Source of the DNA: an uncultured Enterobacterales bacterium
Lineage (GTDB): Bacteria; Myxococcota_A; UBA796; UBA2385
Assembly (NCBI GenBank): GCA_964464515.1
Contig: CAYXGP010000001.1
Location: 69,984 to 133,983 of the forward strand
Length of the DNA stretch: 64,000 nucleotides
Direction of reading: 5' to 3'
Each line of letters begins with the position of its first letter. The first letter of the stretch is position 1. The position numbers were made by a program, and so were the translations under genes. The notes under the pieces are model-generated. The model worked only from the letters and a program-made list of their open reading frames with translations. It was not told the origin of the DNA and made no database searches. Shown one piece after another: positions 57,801 through 64,000 of the stretch.

Positions 57801-59428
57801 CCGTCTCCCACCCCTGCGTGGTCACCATCGATCATCGCTCCAAGCCCCGCGTGCTGTTCAGCGGTGATCAGCTCGTGGAGGTCGATCTCCCCGTGGGCAC
57901 CCGGGTGATCTACCCCAAGCCGCCCATGGAGCCGCTGCCCAACCCGGCCGCAGCGGTGCGCTACGCGCTCAGCCACCCGCTGGACAGCGAGCCGCTCCAC
58001 GCCAAGCTGCGCCCCGGCATGAAGGTGACGATCGCCATCGACGATCTGAGCATGCCGCTGCCGCCCATGCGCAGCCCGGACTGCCGGCAGCTCGTGCTGG
58101 AGCCGGTCATCGCGATGCTCGACGACTACGGCGTAGAAGACATCGAGCTGATCATCGCCACGGCCTTCCACCGGCCGATGTCGGAGGCCGAGATCCGCCA
58201 CATCGTCGGCGGGCGGACCTTCGAGCGCTTCTGGCCCGACCGCCTGTACAACCACGACGCCGAGCGGCCCGGAGGGCTCAAGTACCTGGGCACCACCGAG
58301 GACGGAATCGAGGTGGAGATCAACCGGCGCGCCGCCGAGAGCGATCTCGTCATCTATGTGAACCTGACGTTCGTGCCGATGAACGGCGGCCACAAGTCCC
58401 TGGGCACCGGCCTGGTGGGCTACCGCACGCTGCGCCACCACCACAACCCGCAGACCATCCGCGAGTGCGGATCGTACATGGAGCCGAAGCGGTCTGCGCT
58501 GTCGGCCAAGATGGATCGGGTGGGTGAGCTGATCGAGTCCAAGGTCGAGGTCTTCCACATCGAGACGACGGTGAACAACCGGATGTTCGCGGGGCCGCTG
58601 GAGTTCCTGTCCCGCAACGAGGACGATCTGACCCACGCCGAGGAGCGCGCGCTGAAGGCGCTGGTCCGCAGCCTGAAGCTGCTGCCCCAGCCGGCCCGCC
58701 ACGCCATCTTCACCCGCGTGCCCGCGCCCTACGAGATGATCGCGGTGTACGCCGGGGGCTGCGAGGCGGTGCACGCGGCCATCCTGGAGGTGGTCCACCG
58801 GCAGCTCTGCGTGCCCGTCGAGGGGCAGGCCGACATCGTCGTGTTCCCCATCCCCTACATCAGCCCCTACAACGTGGGCGCCCACCTGAACCCGCTGCTG
58901 GTCAGCGTGATGGCCGAGGGGTACCTGTTCAACCTCCACCGGGGCGCGCCGCTGCTCCGCGAGGGCGGCACGATCATCCTGCTGCACCCGTGCTCCGACA
59001 AGTTCGATCGGGATCAGCACCCCGCCTACGTGGAGTTCTTCCATCGGCTGCTGCCGCAGACCCGCGACGCGATGGAGCTGCACAAGCGGTTCGAGCGTGA
59101 CTTCGCAGCAAACCCCGCGTACATCCAGCTCTACCGGACGGGCAAGGCCTACCACCCCGCCCACCCCTTCTACATGTGGTACTGGGGCGAGAACGGCCGC
59201 CGCTACCGCAGCCGGGTGATCGTCGTCGGCGCCGACAACGAGTACGTGCCAGGCATCCTGGGCTACGAGACCGCGCGCACCATGGACGAGGCCCTGCGCA
59301 TGGCGCGGGAGACCGCCCCGCCCGACCCGGACATCTCGGTGTTCCGGATCTGTCCCGTGCTGATGGCCGACGTCACCATTCCGTCCGACACTGCGGCCGA
59401 GGCCCAGATAGTGGGCGAAGCAAAGTGA
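57797..59428 (+). CDS. Lactate racemase N-terminal (DUF2088/LarA-like) domain protein
   Basis: ALSHPL, IAIDD, ATAFHR, GGHKS; ATGA and GTGA overlaps on both sides. Confidence 0.8.
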   Translation: MTVSHPCVVTIDHRSKPRVLFSGDQLVEVDLPVGTRVIYPKPPMEPLPNPAAAVRYALSHPLDSEPLHAKLRPGMKVTIAIDDLSMPLPPMRSPDCRQLVLEPVIAMLDDYGVEDIELIIATAFHRPMSEAEIRHIVGGRTFERFWPDRLYNHDAERPGGLKYLGTTEDGIEVEINRRAAESDLVIYVNLTFVPMNGGHKSLGTGLVGYRTLRHHHNPQTIRECGSYMEPKRSALSAKMDRVGELIESKVEVFHIETTVNNRMFAGPLEFLSRNEDDLTHAEERALKALVRSLKLLPQPARHAIFTRVPAPYEMIAVYAGGCEAVHAAILEVVHRQLCVPVEGQADIVVFPIPYISPYNVGAHLNPLLVSVMAEGYLFNLHRGAPLLREGGTIILLHPCSDKFDRDQHPAYVEFFHRLLPQTRDAMELHKRFERDFAANPAYIQLYRTGKAYHPAHPFYMWYWGENGRRYRSRVIVVGADNEYVPGILGYETARTMDEALRMARETAPPDPDISVFRICPVLMADVTIPSDTAAEAQIVGEAK

Positions 59429-62400
59429 CCATGCTCGACGTCGCGGCTCAGCTCTCCGGACGGCAGCTCCTCGTGATGGGGGGCACCGGCTTCCTGGGCA
59501 AGGTCTGGGTGTCCATGCTGCTGGCGCGGTTCCCCGACGTCGCTCACCTGCACATGGTGGTCCGCGAGCGACGAGGGCCCGACGGCGCGCTGCGTCAGTC
59601 CAGCGAGGAGCGATTCTGGGGCGAGATCGTGCCCTCGCCGGTCTTCGACCCGATCCGCGAGCAGCACGGCGACGGCTTCGAGGCGTTCATCCGGCAGAAG
59701 ATCACCCCCATCCCCGGCGACGTCACCCGACCCTTCGCCGGCGTGCCGGACGAGGTCCGCGATCGGCTGCGGGGCAAGCTGCACGCGCTGGTCAACGCCT
59801 CGGGCGTGGTGGACTTCAACCCGCCGCTCGATCACGCGCTGGAGGTCAACGCCTTCGGCATGCAGAACCTCGTGGCCCTCGTTCGCGACCTGACGCCGGA
59901 GGGCGCCCCCGCGCTGTCCACCCTGCACACCTCCACCTGCTATGTCGCCGGCGATCGCACCGGGCAGGTCGATGAGGTGAACCCGCTGGATCACCCGTTC
60001 CCCCGCTGCGGAGAGCTGGAGCGCTCACACTGGGACCCCGCCCGGGAGATCTCCGAGTGCGTTGATCTGATCGACAACGTGCGCCACCGCTCCGCCGACG
60101 CCTTTCGGCAGTCCGCCTTTCTGGACGAGGCCTGCCGCAACCTCACCGACAAGAGCGAGCCGACCCGAGGCACCGCGCTCGCAGACGAGCTGGCGCGGGT
60201 CAAGCGCAAGTACGAAGAGAATCAGCTCACAGAGGGCGGCACCGAGCGCGCGAAGTACTGGGGCTGGCACAACACCTACACGTACACCAAGTCGATCGGC
60301 GAGCAGATCCTGCTGACGAGTGACGTGCCGTGCTGCATCGTCCGCCCCGCGGTGATCGAGTCGGCCCTGGTCTTCCCCAGCCGCGGCTGGAACGAGGGGA
60401 TCAACACCTCGGCGCCGCTGATCTACATGTGCCTTCAGGGGCCCGTCTGGTACCCATCGCGCGAAGACACCGTGCTGGATGTGATCGCCGTAGACCATGT
60501 CGCGATCGGAATGTTGCTGGCGCTGGCCGAGCTGCTGGAGGGCGCCCCCCAGGTGATCTACCAGATGGGCACCTCGGACACCGCGCCGCTGGGCATCATG
60601 CGCCTGATCGAGCTCACCGGTCTGTACAAGCGCCGCAGCCTGCGCCGCAACCCCAGGGGCAACCCGCTGGTGTCGTGGGTGCAGGCCCGCGCCGAGCCGG
60701 TCCCGCTGTCGACCGAGGACTACTACGCGCGGGGACCGCGCCACAAGGCCGCCCAGACGCGGAAACTCTCAGGGCTGCTCGGGCGCTTCAAGAAGGGACC
60801 GCTGGCCCCGTTCGCGGCCCCCCTTCAGAAGGGCATCGACTCGGTGACGAAGGGCCTGGAGGTGCATGCGTACATCTCCGACCAGTTCGTGCCGTTCATG
60901 GCGACCCACAACTACCGGTTCTCCTGCGCGCACACCCGCGCGGCGTTCGGCCGCCTGAGCGACGCCGAGAAAGAGCTGCTGCCCTGGGCTCCCGAGGAGA
61001 TGGACTGGTTCGACTACCTGATGGAGATCCACTACCCGGGCATCGAGCGCAACGTCACGCCGCTGATCGAAGCGAAGATGAAGCGCGACTCCAAGCCGCT
61101 GCGCCGCTACGACCACCTGATCGACCTGCTCGACGAGGCCGCCGATCGGCACGACCTCGCCCCCGCGCTCCAGCTGATGGAGGAGGACGGGCTGAGCCGG
61201 GTGAGCTACCGCGACCTGCGCGGCCGGGCCATCGCCGTGGCGACGCGCCTGCACAGCGTGGGCCTGAAGAAGGGCGATCGCGTGCTGCTGGCCGGCAACA
61301 ACCACCCCGACTGGTCGATCGCCTACTTCGGGATCCTCCGGGCGGGCTGCGTCGCGGTGCCCATGGACGCCGGGATCGAGCCGCCGAAGGCCGCCGGCAT
61401 CGCCGCGGCGTCGGGCGCCAGCCTCGCCATCCTCGACCAGACCGCGCGGGACCACCTCGGTACCGCGGTGACGATGCCCATCGCCGATCTGCACGAGGTC
61501 TCCGCGATGGGCGCCGTTGGGATCCGCCCCGAGCCGAGCACCGCCCCGGACGACCTCGCGAGCGTCCTGTTCACGTCAGGCACCACCGGCGATCCCAAGG
61601 GGGTGATGCTCACCCACGGAAACTTCACAGCGCTGCTGTCCAGCCTGGGCAAGCTGTTCCCGCTGGAGGAGAGCGATCGCCTGCTGAGCGTGCTGCCGCT
61701 GCACCACGCCTTTGAATTCACCTGCGGCCTGCTGCTGCCGCTGTCGATGGGCGCGCGTATCCTGTACCCGGGCGAGATCACCGGGGAGCGGCTGGCGGAG
61801 GGGCTCCAGAAGGGACGCATCACCTGCATGGTGGGCGTGCCTGCGCTGTGGCAGCTCTTGGAGCGGCGCATCCGCAGCCAGGTCGATCAGCGCGGGCGCA
61901 TCTTCTCGACGGGCTTCGACGGCGCGCTCGAGGCCAACCGGAAGATCGGCAGGGTCACCGGCCTCGACCTGGGCCGCCTGATGTTCGGCAGCATCCACTC
62001 GCGCTTCGGCGGTAACATCCGCATGCTCATCTCGGGCGGCGCCGCGCTCCCGAAGGACACCCAGAAGCTCTTCTCCGGCCTGGGGCTGCACCTGTCGGAG
62101 GGCTACGGGCTCACCGAGGCCGCTCCCGTGCTGACGGTGGCGATGCCCGGTCCGGGCAGCTCCGCGGGCCACGTGGGCAAGCCCATCCCCGGCGTGAAGA
62201 TCCGCATCCGCGCCCCTGACGAGGCGGGCATCGGCGAGGTGGAGGCCTCCGGCGACAACGTGATGGCAGGCTACTTCGGCAACCGCGAGGCCACCGCGTC
62301 GGTGCTCAGCGAGGACGGCTGGCTGCGCACCGGCGATCTGGGACGCCTGGACCACAAGGGTCGGCTGGTCCTGGTGGGGCGCGCCAAGGAGGTGGTGGTC

Positions 62401-64000
62401 ACGTCTGCTGGGGAGAACATCTACCTCGACGACACCGAGTCCTCCCTGGGCCGCATCGCGAACGTCAAGGAGTACGCGCTGGTCGGGCTCGCCGATCCGC
62501 GCGGCGGCGAGCGGTTGGGCCTTCTGGCCGTGCTCGATGACGAAGACGATCGGCCCACGGACGAGCGCCACCGCGCCGCCCGCGCGTCCATCGACGCCGC
62601 GGTCAGCAGACTCTCGGCGGTGCAGCGCCCCGCGGTGATTCACCTGGTCGACGCCGATCTTCCCCGCACCCGCACCCGTAAGGTCCAGCGCAAGGCCGTC
62701 GCAGAGACGCTGGAGCGCATCACCCGTGCGGCTCCCCGGCGGCGAGGCGGCGGAGTCGACGCCAACGTGGCGCACGCCATCGCGGCGGTGGCTGGTATCT
62801 CTGCCGATGATCTCCACCCCGGCGCCCAGCTGCGCGCCGAGCACGGCTTCGACTCGCTGATGTTCGTCGAGCTGGCCGCGGCGCTGGCCGCCGCCGCCGG
62901 CGCGCCCCCCGACGCCGAGGCGCGGGAGCGCTGTGAGACGGTGGCCGACGTCGTGGCGCTGGTGGGCGCGCCCACGCCGGTGGTCACCGAGGAGCGCGAG
63001 CGCGGCCCCGGACCGGTCGATATCCCGCAGTTCCTGGCCGACCCCATGAAGCAGGCGATGGGCGTCGTCCAGGACACCTTCAACGGCCCGCTGCTCGGCA
63101 CCCGCGTGCTCGGCCGCGCCAACATCCCGCAGAACCGCAACGTCATCGTCGTCAGCAACCACACGTCTCATCTGGACATGGGGCTGATCAAGCACGCGCT
63201 CGGCGAGTACGGCCAGCGGATCGTGGCGCTCGCGGCCAAGGACTACTTCTTCGAGGGCAACCGCTGGAAGGTCGCGTACTTCCGCTACCTCACCAACGTC
63301 GAGCCCATCGATCGCCGAGCGGGCTTCCGCACCAGCTACAACCAGGCCCGCGAGATCATCGAGAGCGGCGCCATCGTGCTGCTGTTCCCCGAAGGCACCC
63401 GCCAGACCTCCGGGATGCTCGCCGAGTTCAAGCCGATGATCGGCAAGCTGGCGCTGGAGACCGCCACCGACATCCTGCCGCTGCACATCGACGGGGCCTA
63501 CGCGTCGATGCCCAAGGGCGCGCTGCTGCCGAAGAAGCGCGGCATCACCATGCGCATCGGCCCGCCGCTGCGCCACACCGACATGATCCGGCACACGGAC
63601 GGCATGAAGGCGTCCGACGCTGCGCGCAGGGTCGCTCAGCTCACCCGCGCCGCGGTAGAGCGTCTCGGGAACGGCCAGGTGCTCGACCTGCAGCACGAGG
63701 CGCCGCCCAAAGCCGACGCGCCCCGCGCCATGACCCCCTCCGAGCTGGCCGAGCGGGCCTTCAAGAGCCTCTCCAGCAAGTACGATCCCGCGCGGATCGA
63801 GCGCCCGGTGTGCTGGTACTTCTCCCTGGGGAAGAAGGACGGCCCGCGGTGGACGGTCTCGGTGGACAAGGAGCGCTGCCTCGTCAAGCCAGGCCGGCCT
63901 GAGGGCGCGGCGGACTGCGTGGTGAAGACCTCAGAGGATCTGTTCACGCGGCTGGTGCGGGACCGGTATGTGCCCACTCCCGCGGAGTTCATGTCCGGCG
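59425..64000 (+). CDS. elbD: Multifunctional ether-lipid synthase ElbD-like: fatty acyl reductase, adenylation domain, ACP, acyltransferase, SCP2-like; 3-prime partial
   Basis: My translation from GTG 59425: GGTGFLG, YTYTK, FTSGTTGDPKG (61570 region), EGYGLTE, RTGDLG, GFDSL (Ser at 62854), NHTSHLD, FPEGTR, terminal AEFMSG; frame consistent at 61561, 62821, 63121 and 63781; absent from the ORF track. Confidence 0.88.
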   Translation, partial: MTMLDVAAQLSGRQLLVMGGTGFLGKVWVSMLLARFPDVAHLHMVVRERRGPDGALRQSSEERFWGEIVPSPVFDPIREQHGDGFEAFIRQKITPIPGDVTRPFAGVPDEVRDRLRGKLHALVNASGVVDFNPPLDHALEVNAFGMQNLVALVRDLTPEGAPALSTLHTSTCYVAGDRTGQVDEVNPLDHPFPRCGELERSHWDPAREISECVDLIDNVRHRSADAFRQSAFLDEACRNLTDKSEPTRGTALADELARVKRKYEENQLTEGGTERAKYWGWHNTYTYTKSIGEQILLTSDVPCCIVRPAVIESALVFPSRGWNEGINTSAPLIYMCLQGPVWYPSREDTVLDVIAVDHVAIGMLLALAELLEGAPQVIYQMGTSDTAPLGIMRLIELTGLYKRRSLRRNPRGNPLVSWVQARAEPVPLSTEDYYARGPRHKAAQTRKLSGLLGRFKKGPLAPFAAPLQKGIDSVTKGLEVHAYISDQFVPFMATHNYRFSCAHTRAAFGRLSDAEKELLPWAPEEMDWFDYLMEIHYPGIERNVTPLIEAKMKRDSKPLRRYDHLIDLLDEAADRHDLAPALQLMEEDGLSRVSYRDLRGRAIAVATRLHSVGLKKGDRVLLAGNNHPDWSIAYFGILRAGCVAVPMDAGIEPPKAAGIAAASGASLAILDQTARDHLGTAVTMPIADLHEVSAMGAVGIRPEPSTAPDDLASVLFTSGTTGDPKGVMLTHGNFTALLSSLGKLFPLEESDRLLSVLPLHHAFEFTCGLLLPLSMGARILYPGEITGERLAEGLQKGRITCMVGVPALWQLLERRIRSQVDQRGRIFSTGFDGALEANRKIGRVTGLDLGRLMFGSIHSRFGGNIRMLISGGAALPKDTQKLFSGLGLHLSEGYGLTEAAPVLTVAMPGPGSSAGHVGKPIPGVKIRIRAPDEAGIGEVEASGDNVMAGYFGNREATASVLSEDGWLRTGDLGRLDHKGRLVLVGRAKEVVVTSAGENIYLDDTESSLGRIANVKEYALVGLADPRGGERLGLLAVLDDEDDRPTDERHRAARASIDAAVSRLSAVQRPAVIHLVDADLPRTRTRKVQRKAVAETLERITRAAPRRRGGGVDANVAHAIAAVAGISADDLHPGAQLRAEHGFDSLMFVELAAALAAAAGAPPDAEARERCETVADVVALVGAPTPVVTEERERGPGPVDIPQFLADPMKQAMGVVQDTFNGPLLGTRVLGRANIPQNRNVIVVSNHTSHLDMGLIKHALGEYGQRIVALAAKDYFFEGNRWKVAYFRYLTNVEPIDRRAGFRTSYNQAREIIESGAIVLLFPEGTRQTSGMLAEFKPMIGKLALETATDILPLHIDGAYASMPKGALLPKKRGITMRIGPPLRHTDMIRHTDGMKASDAARRVAQLTRAAVERLGNGQVLDLQHEAPPKADAPRAMTPSELAERAFKSLSSKYDPARIERPVCWYFSLGKKDGPRWTVSVDKERCLVKPGRPEGAADCVVKTSEDLFTRLVRDRYVPTPAEFMSG

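Noticed and set aside
59263-63992. Long minus-strand ORFs (59263-59994, 60025-60744, 60769-61494, 61576-63696) and plus-strand 60330-61715
   Set aside because: Shadow frames of the plus-strand ElbD-like gene, which has clear catalytic motifs.

Overview
High-GC bacterial chromosomal DNA, gene-dense, probably from a Myxococcota-like (deltaproteobacterial) organism. That assignment is an inference from the ether-lipid elbD-like cluster, the Uma2 and Cys-rich lipoproteins and the Hanks kinase. I support about 50 coding regions. I found no rRNA, tRNA, CRISPR array, transposase or integrase. Housekeeping blocks include yebC-ruvC-ruvA-ruvB-DUF192-lpxC, recQ and mutH. Best candidate for an undescribed system (48124-55277, minus strand): a Ser/Thr kinase with an amino-acid-type dCache sensor, a membrane EEP phosphoesterase, a divergent HisZ/HisRS paralog that keeps its anticodon domain, and an insertion-bearing histidine ammonia-lyase translationally coupled to it, with no other hut or his genes nearby. 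Second candidate (37114-45355): paired CPA2 antiporters, one fused to a long helical region and a degenerate P-loop NTPase, followed by MscS and an FG-GAP protein. Other notable items: a >1500-aa ElbD-like FAR-A-ACP-AT protein with an SCP2-like tail (missing from the ORF track because it runs off the window), a one-base frameshift in an Lnt/nitrilase-like gene, several pseudoenzymes, a 24-bp hairpin-bearing tandem array upstream of lpxC, and recurrent micro-duplications and G4 motifs at gene boundaries. All family assignments come from motif recognition by eye; no database searches were run.
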